Assembly (NCBI GenBank): GCA_903834195.1
Contig: CAILIB010000015.1
Location: 53,146 to 117,145 of the forward strand
Direction: 5' to 3'
DNA: 64,000 nucleotides
Source of the DNA: an uncultured Candidatus Berkelbacteria bacterium
Lineage (GTDB): Bacteria; Patescibacteriota; UBA1384; CAILIB01
This document shows positions 27,020 through 35,557 of this stretch, piece after piece. Each line of letters begins with the position of its first letter. Position 1 is the stretch's first letter. Made by a program: the position numbers and the translations under genes. The notes under the pieces are model-generated. The model had not been told where the DNA came from. It searched no databases and worked only from the letters and a program-made list of their open reading frames with translations.

Positions 27020-27619
27020 ATGCGTATATCACCACCAGGAGTAACAATTTTCGGCGTTTGTGTATTTATTGTCCTGGTTGGATTTCTTCATATCTATAAA
27101 CCTACTATTAACCCGATTCATCAGACGCTTTCGCAGTATGCAAATTATCCACGAGGTGTGTTATTTGACATAGGAATAATTGCAGTAGGAATTGGAGCTT
27201 CTAGTCTGGCATTTGCTTTAAAGGTAGCACATCCAACTATTTCCTCGGTTGGGTTAGGATTGATAATTACGTTTGCTGTTACCTCACTTTTGGTAGGATT
27301 TTTTCATACGTCTCCAGAATATGCTAGTTCTGGCGGGGTAGCTTTATTTGGCAAAATTCATATTGTAGCTGCGACACTAGGTTTTATCTCTTTGGCTATG
27401 GCGGCAATTATTGTTAATAAGTCACTCATAACTAGCTATCCATCATCTGCTCATTCAATCTCCTTTTTTATGGCAGCAATGGTGATAGGTGATTTAGTAT
27501 TAGCCCTCACAGTTTTGATGAGTAATCAGATTGCTATTATTGGAATTATTGAGCGATTGGCTTTTGCGAGTTTTCTCGGTTGGTTATGTGTAGTAGCGTA
27601 TGTGCTGTTGCCAGGTTAG
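27020..27619 (+). CDS. polytopic membrane protein (DUF998-like)
   Basis: 199 aa, about 6 TM helices. Confidence 0.45.
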   Translation: MRISPPGVTIFGVCVFIVLVGFLHIYKPTINPIHQTLSQYANYPRGVLFDIGIIAVGIGASSLAFALKVAHPTISSVGLGLIITFAVTSLLVGFFHTSPEYASSGGVALFGKIHIVAATLGFISLAMAAIIVNKSLITSYPSSAHSISFFMAAMVIGDLVLALTVLMSNQIAIIGIIERLAFASFLGWLCVVAYVLLPG

Positions 27620-27721
27620 TTACATCACTTCACGGTATGAGAAACGAAAATCTAGGCAGATTATAAGTACTAATGGACATGCCGAATCTTCTCCTCCTGG
27701 ACAGTAATAATATTTGAAGCT

Positions 27722-28462
27722 TTAGATCTCCTCAGCAATCTCCCAAAGTATTTCAAACACTTGTCGCATGGTTGTGTAGATTGAGGTAGATTCGATAACC
27801 ACACCGTGCATTTCACTTCCTCCGTATGTGAGGAGAGCAACCTTATTACCCCACAGAGCTGCCTCGCTAGGCATGTTCCATTCAGGTTTGATAAACCGCT
27901 GCTCATGGCGGCCATCTTTGTAGAGCTTGCCATACTTTTTCATCTCGGGAAGTCGTTTGACTATTTCTCGAATTTTAATCTTATGTCGGATGAGTTGTTT
28001 GGTGAAATCGTAATAATCTTGGTAATTCTTCACCCAATCCTCTCCAGATCCAAAGAAAAGTACTTCACGTGCCTCAGTGAGAAACTCTTGATGAATACTA
28101 TCAATTCCCTCTTTTCCTACAAAGAAGCGTACCCGAGGTTTGTCTGGACTACCTTGGTAGAGCGCTTCAAGGAGGGGAAGCTGTTCTTCAAACTGCTTGA
28201 GTCGTTCGGAGAGAATTTTTTGGATACGACGAGGGGGTACGGCACTATAACGATAGCGACCATTGCGAGATAGAGAAGTAATCAAGCCTTTCTCATCAAG
28301 CGTTCGCAAGATGTCATAGCAGTGAGTCCGGGGAATTCCAGCCTCGACAGCAATCTTTGTGGCACCAGATTCTCCTAACGCCAAAGCTGCTTTATATACG
28401 AGAGCCTCTTTCTCAGTAAACCCGAATTTTTGAAGAAGAATTATCAAGTCTTTTTCGTCCAT
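27722..28462 (-). CDS. TrmB-like regulator, paralog 2
   Basis: LQKFGFTEKEALVYKAALALGESGATKIAVEAGIPRTHCYDILRTLDEKGLI; ends FEILWEIAEEI. Confidence 0.75.
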   Translation of the reverse strand: MDEKDLIILLQKFGFTEKEALVYKAALALGESGATKIAVEAGIPRTHCYDILRTLDEKGLITSLSRNGRYRYSAVPPRRIQKILSERLKQFEEQLPLLEALYQGSPDKPRVRFFVGKEGIDSIHQEFLTEAREVLFFGSGEDWVKNYQDYYDFTKQLIRHKIKIREIVKRLPEMKKYGKLYKDGRHEQRFIKPEWNMPSEAALWGNKVALLTYGGSEMHGVVIESTSIYTTMRQVFEILWEIAEEI

Positions 28463-28532
28463 ATATTACGACAAAATAATAGAATAGATTAAAATAAAGC
28501 TGTTATATAATTCATATATTATAGTAATTATA

Positions 28533-28561
28533 TGGACAAAAGTAAATTCTAGTCATATAGT
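28533..28561 (+). promoter_or_regulatory. promoter for cargo 28581
   Basis: TGGACA, 17-nt spacer, TATAGT. Confidence 0.55.
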
Positions 28562-28580
28562 CCGGCTGCTGGAGAAAGCA

Positions 28581-28943
28581 ATGAAAAATCAAACACAAAC
28601 AGCGATAATCTGTGTGGCTCTATTAATTGGATGCTTCACATGTCTACAAATTGGCGTGCAACTAGGTGTTGCTCAGGGGCGAGAGGAAGCTCTGCACGTT
28701 GTGCAGCAAGGAGAAGAAATTAAGAAGTTGAGTTGGAAAGATCACCAACTTACAGAATTACCTAAATGGGGAGGATGGCAAATGGTCTATGAAGGCCGTT
28801 ATGGCATTCCGTCTCTGATTTTAACCGATGCCCGGACCGGCATGGAGGTGGGAAAAGTTGATTCTTTGGGGGTGTATTACAAAAAAGGGGATTATTATTA
28901 TCCTGCCAACATGCAGTCGATGTACAAAAAGTTCAAAAAGTAA
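28581..28943 (+). CDS. small secreted/membrane-anchored protein, unknown function
   Basis: 120 aa with an N-terminal hydrophobic segment. GGAGAAAG SD-like sequence upstream. Confidence 0.45.
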   Translation: MKNQTQTAIICVALLIGCFTCLQIGVQLGVAQGREEALHVVQQGEEIKKLSWKDHQLTELPKWGGWQMVYEGRYGIPSLILTDARTGMEVGKVDSLGVYYKKGDYYYPANMQSMYKKFKK

Positions 28944-28952
28944 GTCTTTGAA

Positions 28953-28986
28953 GGCCACTAGGTATTCCTAGTGGCCATATTTTTTG
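28953..28986 (+). terminator. rho-independent terminator
   Basis: GGCCACTAGG-TATT-CCTAGTGGCC followed by ATATTTTTTG. Confidence 0.8.
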
Positions 28987-29032
28987 TAGTTCAACTTCCT
29001 CCTGTACAGACGTCAAACTTTTCACAAAGGTA

Positions 29033-29287
29033 TTATTTAGCAAGCTTCATTTTAGTGACCTTGTACGGTACACCGTCCTTATACGTCGTCCAGTCTCCCA
29101 CTGGTTGACCATTTTCCCAGTATCCAGAACGTTTTAATTTGCCGTCATTGCGATACCACTCCCAATATCCGACAGGTTGGTCGTCTTTAACCTTCCCTTT
29201 GGACCAAATCACTCCATTGGCATGATACTTAATCAGGACATCGCCCTGCATTTCTGAGCTTTTCGCGTCGATTTTCTTTGCAGTCAT
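29033..29287 (-). CDS. MORN-repeat protein (YwqK-like)
   Basis: Repeated G-x-W-x-x-Y-x-x-(N/D)G units (PVGYWEWYRNDGKL, PVGDWTTYKDG). Confidence 0.65.
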   Translation of the reverse strand: MTAKKIDAKSSEMQGDVLIKYHANGVIWSKGKVKDDQPVGYWEWYRNDGKLKRSGYWENGQPVGDWTTYKDGVPYKVTKMKLAK

Positions 29288-29697
29288 GAATTTGAAGTTA
29301 ATAGTTTGCTTTTATACCTTACCAGGAGAAACAGGAAGTATCCTGCCACAAAAAGGTTAAGATACCCTATTCCAAACACTATTCGTAAGGTTAAACTTTG
29401 GTTTCCAAGATGATAGAACACACCGAATCCTTGGGCAATCTCGCTAATTACGGTGAAAAGGTAGAATAAGAACTCAAGCGTGAGAAAACCTGATAGGAGT
29501 CTATACCCAAGTAGCTGCCCTTTTAGGAGGAGAAAATAGCCTGCTGCAAATGGTAGAAACACTAATACCAAGAGTAGTATTCCACGAAAATTGGTCAGAA
29601 AACTGAATCCATATTGGTGGATTGAATAAGGTATCTGAGCAATAAAATTGGCTAAGATTATTCCTGACAGGGTATGGATCTGACTTCGCAATTTCAT
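29284..29697 (-). CDS. membrane protein, unknown function
   Basis: 137 aa, 4 TM helices. 4-nt overlap with the downstream MORN gene. Confidence 0.5.
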   Translation of the reverse strand: MKLRSQIHTLSGIILANFIAQIPYSIHQYGFSFLTNFRGILLLVLVFLPFAAGYFLLLKGQLLGYRLLSGFLTLEFLFYLFTVISEIAQGFGVFYHLGNQSLTLRIVFGIGYLNLFVAGYFLFLLVRYKSKLLTSNS

Positions 29698-29826
29698 GTG
29701 TTCAGTATATCCAAAAGTATGCCTTTGGGTATGTGATTTTTATCCTAATAGTTGGTTTGATATTCAATGAATATCTATCCTGTTGTAATACTATCCGAAC
29801 TTTCAAAGAATCTTAAGACGACAATG

Positions 29827-30165
29827 CTACTTTAACTGAATATCATACGCCACACAGAGACGTTCAATTGCTTTTACATATTCAGGGGCAACTCCCAGCC
29901 AATATTCGCGTAAGCCGACGCGTTCAGGGTTCTTGGTGGTATGTAGCTGTATATCGTGAAGGGCGTTTTTGTATTCACGAAGGATTACTTCGTTAGGATC
30001 TCCGGTCCCACTGAGAAAGGCATCAATTCCTTCAAGGCTCGAGCCTTTCTTGCCAGATTCCTTGATGGTAATAAGCGCAGCGACATCCTGGCGTACATTA
30101 CCAGAAGGGGTGAAGTGCTTGAAGCCCTCCAATTCATTTTTCCAATAGGTGAGGTCTAATTGCAT
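29827..30165 (-). CDS. hypothetical protein, co-directional with and 10 nt downstream of TrmB paralog 3
   Basis: ATG at 30165 (MQLDLTYW). The longer ORF-track start at 30210 would overlap the regulator gene. Confidence 0.45.
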   Translation of the reverse strand: MQLDLTYWKNELEGFKHFTPSGNVRQDVAALITIKESGKKGSSLEGIDAFLSGTGDPNEVILREYKNALHDIQLHTTKNPERVGLREYWLGVAPEYVKAIERLCVAYDIQLK

Positions 30166-30175
30166 AGTGATTTCA

Positions 30176-30934
30176 TTATATCTGCTTCGCTTGTTCCCAC
30201 AATTCCTCAAACCAATTTTGCATGCTCGTAGCGTAATCCTGCGACGTAGTTACCACGCCAAAACTTTCAGCAGCTGTGGTGGTCACCACTACTGTATTTC
30301 CATAAATCAGAATATTCGCTGGGCTTTGAAATCTTGAAGGAGCATAGCGTACATCACGTTGGCCGTCTTCGCCTGGGGCGTAGATTGTATCTTTCGGCTC
30401 CTGATTTCTCACACGAATAGCTCGCGTCCAAATCTTTGCCTCTGCCCGACGCTTTACCCAATCTTTTAGAAACCGTGCCCCAATAGCCTCCTCTATCTGC
30501 TGAGTTGAGCCAACATAGCAGATCTCCGTAGGGTGCACTAATAACATTTCCTCATAGATATCTTGCAACTCTTCACCCTTAAAGATGCGAACTTTGGGCT
30601 GTGTAGGCGTGTGCTCATAGAGCCGATTCAATTCTGGTACCAACTCGGCAAACGACTGACTATTCTCTTTGGCTTGCTCTTCTTTCTCTTTGAACTTGGT
30701 GAGAATAGTACGCGGCGGGTAGGGAAGATAGTGTTTACGCCCTCGACGTTCCAAAATTTCAATTAACCCCAGTTCATCTAATTTTTCTAAAAGGTAGGCA
30801 ACAGAAGTACGAGGCAACCCAACTTTCTCCGCAATGGGAACAATATTTGATTCGCCAAGTTCAAGGGAAGCCAGGTAGGTACGGGCTTCTTTTTCTCCTA
30901 ATCCAAGTTTTTTGAGGTATTCCGGCAAATCCAT
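30176..30934 (-). CDS. TrmB-like regulator, paralog 3
   Basis: MDLPEYLKKLGLGEKEARTYLASLELG...; ends FEELWEQAKQI. The start is set at ATG 30934 because the predicted promoter (30968-30996) lies inside the longer ORF. Confidence 0.75.
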   Translation of the reverse strand: MDLPEYLKKLGLGEKEARTYLASLELGESNIVPIAEKVGLPRTSVAYLLEKLDELGLIEILERRGRKHYLPYPPRTILTKFKEKEEQAKENSQSFAELVPELNRLYEHTPTQPKVRIFKGEELQDIYEEMLLVHPTEICYVGSTQQIEEAIGARFLKDWVKRRAEAKIWTRAIRVRNQEPKDTIYAPGEDGQRDVRYAPSRFQSPANILIYGNTVVVTTTAAESFGVVTTSQDYATSMQNWFEELWEQAKQI

Positions 30935-30967
30935 ATAATGACGAAAATATATGTCGTTAATTGAGTA

Positions 30968-30996
30968 ATTATACAGCATCAACCAAGAAAAGTCAA
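30968..30996 (-). promoter_or_regulatory. consensus promoter for TrmB paralog 3
   Basis: Minus strand reads TTGACT (30996-30991), 17-nt spacer, TATAAT (30973-30968). Confidence 0.7.
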
Positions 30997-31021
30997 TATA
31001 TTAATGGCTATATATATTGAC
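30992..31021. repeat. perfect inverted repeat GTCAATATAT-N10-ATATATTGAC spanning both -35 boxes
   Basis: 30992-31001 is the exact reverse complement of 31012-31021. Confidence 0.85.
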
Positions 31022-31045
31022 ATAACATGCTTCTAGTGCTATAAT
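31017..31045 (+). promoter_or_regulatory. perfect consensus promoter for cargo 31109
   Basis: TTGACA (31017-31022), 17-nt spacer, TATAAT (31040-31045). Confidence 0.75.
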
Positions 31046-31108
31046 TCCCGCAACATCAAGGCCGGGGGAAGCGAAAGCAGAACCACGCCGAGAGAGGAAC
31101 TTAACATC

Positions 31109-31549
31109 ATGAATATCACAAATGAAATCGAAGTCGTCGTTACAGAGCAGCATTGGGGCTTTTCCAACGGACGTATGTCACTGCGTGGGATAGAGATTCC
31201 AGCTGTAGTAGCTGAGCGCCTCGCTCAGGAGGGCGTGCTTGAAGAATTAGAGAGCTCAGAAATGCCTATTAAGCATCCCGCGCTCGTAAAGGCAATCAGA
31301 GAGATGGGCCATCAGATTGGCCTCCGACGTAGGTATCAGTTTACGCATATTCATAAAAGATCTGTTGAGTGCGGCATTATCTATTCAATAGTTCGTGTCC
31401 CGAAAGGGAGACACTTTCGAATAAATTATGCGCCTGATCAGGGGGAATTTGTGGAAGTGCACTACGATAGAAGTAGAACTCTTGATAGCTATCCCAACAG
31501 ATATACCTGCGCAGACTGTGATGCCACCGAATGGTTCGTCGCTGACTGA
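31109..31549 (+). CDS. hypothetical protein (cargo of paralog 3)
   Basis: 146-aa ORF with GAGAGGAA SD-like sequence upstream. No family recognised. Confidence 0.45.
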   Translation: MNITNEIEVVVTEQHWGFSNGRMSLRGIEIPAVVAERLAQEGVLEELESSEMPIKHPALVKAIREMGHQIGLRRRYQFTHIHKRSVECGIIYSIVRVPKGRHFRINYAPDQGEFVEVHYDRSRTLDSYPNRYTCADCDATEWFVAD

Positions 31550-32014
31550 GAACAGTTTGGTGGTTAATTCCCACTATGTGCGTGTCATGCACATCGTCCC
31601 ACTGCTAGGAAAGGGACAGAATTACTCGCAAGCGGTGCGAGGAGACAGTAGGCTTTCCGAATGTAGGTGCCTATATCTTAAACCGACCTTCTTATCCGGC
31701 TTCACTCTCATTCGAGTGGAGCCCGAACTAGAGGGAATTGTCCCTTTAACAATTTGACTGGGTGGCGACCAACGCAGGAAATTATAAATGAAAGAGAGGA
31801 TCTAAGTGGTCCTCTCTTATTTTTATACCAACTTTTCACGCATTCCTAACCAGTATCTACCTTGCTCCAGTACAGTCCTAACTTTCAAAGGATCGGGCAG
31901 CAAATAAAAATGTACCCCTTCGGGTGCTTCTTTAGCTAAATAGTCCGAAGGATTCTAACCGCTTTCTCTGTCGCTAATATTGACAATGAATACCTTTTGT
32001 ATATAAATAGAATC

Positions 32015-32290
32015 ATGAAACCTCTTGAATGGAATCCAGAAAAGAATAGTAAACTTACTCGAGAACGAGGATTTTCTTTTGAGGATATCCAGGTTGCGAT
32101 TGAAGAAGGAAAACTATTAGATGTGGTGCGCCATCCAAATGTGAAACAGTATCCTAATCAATGGATGCTCATAGTTGCCCTTGAAAGATATGCATACGCA
32201 GTTCCTTACGTTGAAAAGGAGGATTGTCTCTTTCTTAAAACAGCGTTTCCTAGTCGAAAATATACAAAAAGATATTTCCAAAGTACGTAA
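32015..32290 (+). CDS. brnT: BrnT-family (DUF497) ribonuclease toxin
   Basis: MKPLEWNPEKNSKLTRERGFSFEDI N-terminus. A TTGACA promoter at 31980-31985 excludes the TTG 31997 start. Confidence 0.72.
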   Translation: MKPLEWNPEKNSKLTRERGFSFEDIQVAIEEGKLLDVVRHPNVKQYPNQWMLIVALERYAYAVPYVEKEDCLFLKTAFPSRKYTKRYFQST

Positions 32291-32298
32291 TTATTTAT

Positions 32299-32562
32299 AT
32301 GAACCCAGCACTATACTACGAACTAGACCCTGAAGAGCAGGAACTTTCCAACTCTATTGAGAATGAGGAGTGGGTTTCTGTAGAAAATGTTGAAAAAGTT
32401 AAACAGCAGTTGCTAGAATCGGCTCACCTGACAGGAGCAAAGACTAAGACTATTAATATTCGCCTACCTGAGCGAGATTTACATCGTCTTAAAGTCAAGG
32501 CCGCACAAGAGGGGATGCCATATCAAACACTTGTAGCTTCAATTCTGCACAAGAATATTTAG
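32299..32562 (+). CDS. brnA: BrnA-family antitoxin
   Basis: C-terminal RHH-like INIRLPERDLHRLKVKAAQEGMPYQTLVASILHK. Located 8 nt after brnT. Confidence 0.72.
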   Translation: MNPALYYELDPEEQELSNSIENEEWVSVENVEKVKQQLLESAHLTGAKTKTINIRLPERDLHRLKVKAAQEGMPYQTLVASILHKNI

Positions 32563-32720
32563 TCGAAGATCTATCAAAGTATTGCTGGTAGGGAGATTCA
32601 CTCCAACATTTTGCAGTATATTTAAACAGTAGCCGGCACGTGATTTGATGTGTAAGTGAGCATCATCTTGCATGTGAAAAAGAAAGTACTTCACAAGAAG
32701 GGAAGTATTAAGACTGTTTC

Positions 32721-34559
32721 TTAGGCTACTGCAAACTTTTCTCCGAGAAGTCGGGGAAGTATCTGCTTCAACTCTTCAGCATAGCTAGGATCCAAAAAGA
32801 GAAATTTATGCTGGGTACCATCAGCTACCGTAATGAAAAATTTAGAGTCTTGGAAGAGTTCAAATTTCTGAATATTCTCAAAAGAGAGAGAATAGTTCTT
32901 AGGGTTAGATTGCAAAATATCTGCCAACGATTGTTGAACTAGCAGGTTGCGACCATTCAGCTCTAGTTCTTGTCGGTTCCAGAAGAAGTTTGCTGCTCCG
33001 TAATCCACATTTCCAATAAGTGTATTCTCCCCTGTAGCAGGAACTTCAATGAAATTTAGACTATCATTTGTAACTAGAAGTGAGTTTTCATTGTTTGTCA
33101 TTATCCCTTGCCCTCCGAGTATAGAGAAACCGTGCCGGTTAAGGTTCATAATGCCGAATAATCCAGCTTGGATATTGGCGGGTAGTGCAGGGAGAGGAGC
33201 TGATGTGGAATCTGGTATCGCCACGGCATCTCCCTTAGAGGTAGTTTGAGGTTGTATGATTGCAGGTGTGTCTAAATTAATGGCTTTCATTCGTCTTACG
33301 ACAACAGCTCCGAGGACTGCAATCCCGATTGCGCCTACTACAAAGAAGGAAAGTACTACAATAAGTGTGGAGTTACTGCCAGTTCCACCAGGAGCTGCTT
33401 GGTGAGTAAGGGCAAAGTTTCCAATATACGCGAGGAAGGCAAGAATAAACGGAAGTGCCGCGATTAGATTAATCTGGGAGTACTGCTGATCCAGAATAAG
33501 CATCGCCTGGTTTGTCTGTGCAGTGTTCTTACCTTCAGTTGGTATGCGTGTGTAAAGATGATATCGAATATACTCAGCAGCTGCGCTAAGGAGTGGTAGA
33601 GCAGCTACTCCAACGATAAATAGGATCCTAATAGTACTCGTAAGCCAGGGAAGCTGGCTAGAATATATATCCGCCAATTTGAGTACAACGACTGCAATAA
33701 CAAGGCCGAGAGGAGCATTAAGGACGAGCTGATATATCTTGTACAGTTGTCGAGTTGTGAAAACCCTGAGAAAGGTGCTACTAGTTCCATCATCTGGAAT
33801 AGCACGGATGACTCTACCTGCTTTAATATGCAATGTAGCTTGAACTACTAACAATGCAAAAAGAACAAAGAAGATAACCCAGCCCATATTAAGGTAGGAC
33901 ATAAGTCCGCCAAGAATAAGTAGGATAACTGGTAGCTTTATAAGAAAAATATAGCCGGTTATGCTTTCTGCATTACCTGCAACTTTCATCGCTGCGGTAT
34001 TGATAGTATTTGTTCTTTGGCGCGGATCAGGAATAAATAAAAACAGAATTTTAGAAAGTAATCCTTCCTGATTGGTACCAGGATTTGAATCTGAGGGATT
34101 CAGCAATTGTCGCCCCTTCTTTTGGACAAAGAGTAATAACCCACCAAAACCTGCAAAGGCTGCACCAATTATGAGTAGTAAGATGGTGCCGAGCCATGAG
34201 CTTGAGAAGTCGTCTGTTTGTGCTGTGCCCGGATCAGTTGAGCTATAGCGAACAGTAATGCTTTCTCCTATTTGGAGCGGTGTGGAACCACGTGTAGATG
34301 GTGTAAAGCTATGACTTTGGCCAGTGGAGTCATTAAAGCTAATGGTCGGGATATAGTAGGTTGTAATCGTGGTCGTATGGGTAGTAGGGTCTGTGCCATT
34401 CTGTGTTTCTTGGGAAACACTTGTGATCGTGCCAGTCGTGGTGACTGAGTTATTAAGGAAACTTCTTGTTGTAAAGTAGTCTTTTATACCAAATACAAGG
34501 AGGAGAAGTCCGAACACGAGTAGGGGGATAGCTATGAAGCTGAGGCAAGATTTTCTCAT
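32721..34559 (-). CDS. large polytopic membrane protein with N-terminal DUF3592-like domain
   Basis: 612 aa. TM-flanked beta domain (TTGTITSV...YYIPTISFNDSTGQSHSF...ITVRYSSTDP), about 8 further TM helices and a soluble C-terminal domain. Confidence 0.55.
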   Translation of the reverse strand: MRKSCLSFIAIPLLVFGLLLLVFGIKDYFTTRSFLNNSVTTTGTITSVSQETQNGTDPTTHTTTITTYYIPTISFNDSTGQSHSFTPSTRGSTPLQIGESITVRYSSTDPGTAQTDDFSSSWLGTILLLIIGAAFAGFGGLLLFVQKKGRQLLNPSDSNPGTNQEGLLSKILFLFIPDPRQRTNTINTAAMKVAGNAESITGYIFLIKLPVILLILGGLMSYLNMGWVIFFVLFALLVVQATLHIKAGRVIRAIPDDGTSSTFLRVFTTRQLYKIYQLVLNAPLGLVIAVVVLKLADIYSSQLPWLTSTIRILFIVGVAALPLLSAAAEYIRYHLYTRIPTEGKNTAQTNQAMLILDQQYSQINLIAALPFILAFLAYIGNFALTHQAAPGGTGSNSTLIVVLSFFVVGAIGIAVLGAVVVRRMKAINLDTPAIIQPQTTSKGDAVAIPDSTSAPLPALPANIQAGLFGIMNLNRHGFSILGGQGIMTNNENSLLVTNDSLNFIEVPATGENTLIGNVDYGAANFFWNRQELELNGRNLLVQQSLADILQSNPKNYSLSFENIQKFELFQDSKFFITVADGTQHKFLFLDPSYAEELKQILPRLLGEKFAVA

Positions 34560-34853
34560 GAAAGGGGGTTAATGAAGTCTATTTCTAGTGTACCCCGCCT
34601 TTTCTGCACTTAATAGCTAGAGTCCTCGTGCCTGAGATAACTAACCTGATACTAGTTAGTAATTGGTATCATTATTTATAACCTTCCTAAATCCTCATTA
34701 CCCGAGAGTAGAGGAAAAAGTCATCATTAGTTGTCCATAAAACAACCATCTAAACTATTTCAGGATCGCAATCAAAACCAGTCGAGTATCGTATGGTGCC
34801 TTGAAGAAAAACATCTTTAAAGCTATAGTTGCGCGCATGGAGGTGCACGTGAA

Positions 34854-35273
34854 ATGGGAATTGATGAAATTGGCCAGGTACGAATACTCTGGAAAATTGA
34901 TAAGACCCTGGTCTTTGATAGTCGTAGAATAAAAGTGGCGCGCAAAGTAGTTTGCGAAGTGCGGATTACTATAACTGAGTCTAAACCAGTACCTGGATTT
35001 ATTGACAGGGAAAGGATGTATACTGGTTTGCGCGCAGTCTCGGAAGATGGTGAGATATTTCAAGCCAACTGGAATTGTTTTTCCGACGATGGAATGAATG
35101 ATAACTGGCAGATCCTAAAGCAAGATGGATCTGAAGATCATGAGCAATGGTGGGTTGATGCAACGGATGTAAACGAACTCTCTGAGCGCGACCCAAAAAA
35201 CAACTATGAGTACTACGAGTACTCATCTGGAAAAAAGAAAAAAGCAGTTCCAGGTTACTCTCTTGGGGTATAG
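34854..35273 (+). CDS. hypothetical protein
   Basis: 139-aa ORF. Start uncertain. No family recognised. Confidence 0.3.
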   Translation: MGIDEIGQVRILWKIDKTLVFDSRRIKVARKVVCEVRITITESKPVPGFIDRERMYTGLRAVSEDGEIFQANWNCFSDDGMNDNWQILKQDGSEDHEQWWVDATDVNELSERDPKNNYEYYEYSSGKKKKAVPGYSLGV

Positions 35274-35355
35274 CCGGCTACAATCGACTATCCCGCTACC
35301 CTCAGTAGAGTTACGCGCTCATTTCTCTTTAGTCACAATTAAGGGTCTCCGGTAA

Positions 35356-35532
35356 CACGTTACGTTGTTTCTGATGGGTGATCTAAAACAGGCTAGTACA
35401 GAAGGGATTAAAACAGTGGCTGTTTCTTGGGGTTACCAGGATGAGAAAATTCTTGCTAAAGAGAGTTCTAACTTTATTCTTACTCGTCCACAGGATACTG
35501 GATCGTTGATTCCGAAACTCATGCTGTATTAA
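35356..35532 (+). pseudogene. C-terminal remnant of a HAD-superfamily phosphatase (phosphoglycolate phosphatase-like)
   Basis: The short frame reads ...LFLMGDLKQASTEGIKTVAVSWGYQDEKILAKESSNFILTRPQD. This resembles HAD motif IV (VGDxxxDixxAxxAGxxxVxVxWGY), but the N-terminal about 150 aa are absent and a stop lies at 35353-35355. Confidence 0.55.
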
Positions 35533-35557
35533 TGATCGAAATTGGTCTTGTGCAGTA

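Noticed and set aside
31606-31720. RNase P RNA-like strings (AGGAAAGGGAC, ACAGAATT, CCGGCTTCA)
   Set aside because: They superficially resemble the P4 strands (GGAAAGUCC, ACAGAA-CCCGGCUUA). However, the order and spacing are wrong, the matches are imperfect, and the region is far too short for RNase P RNA.
31428-31757. 109-aa ORF overlapping the end of gene 31109-31549
   Set aside because: It starts inside the upstream gene in another frame, has no SD and no recognisable family, and coincides with strongly self-complementary sequence. It is better explained as non-coding structured RNA.
34755-35063. 102-aa minus-strand ORF opposite 34854-35273
   Set aside because: No start context, odd composition and overlap with the plus-strand ORF. 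Neither is strongly supported, and the minus-strand one is the weaker, so it was not listed as a feature.
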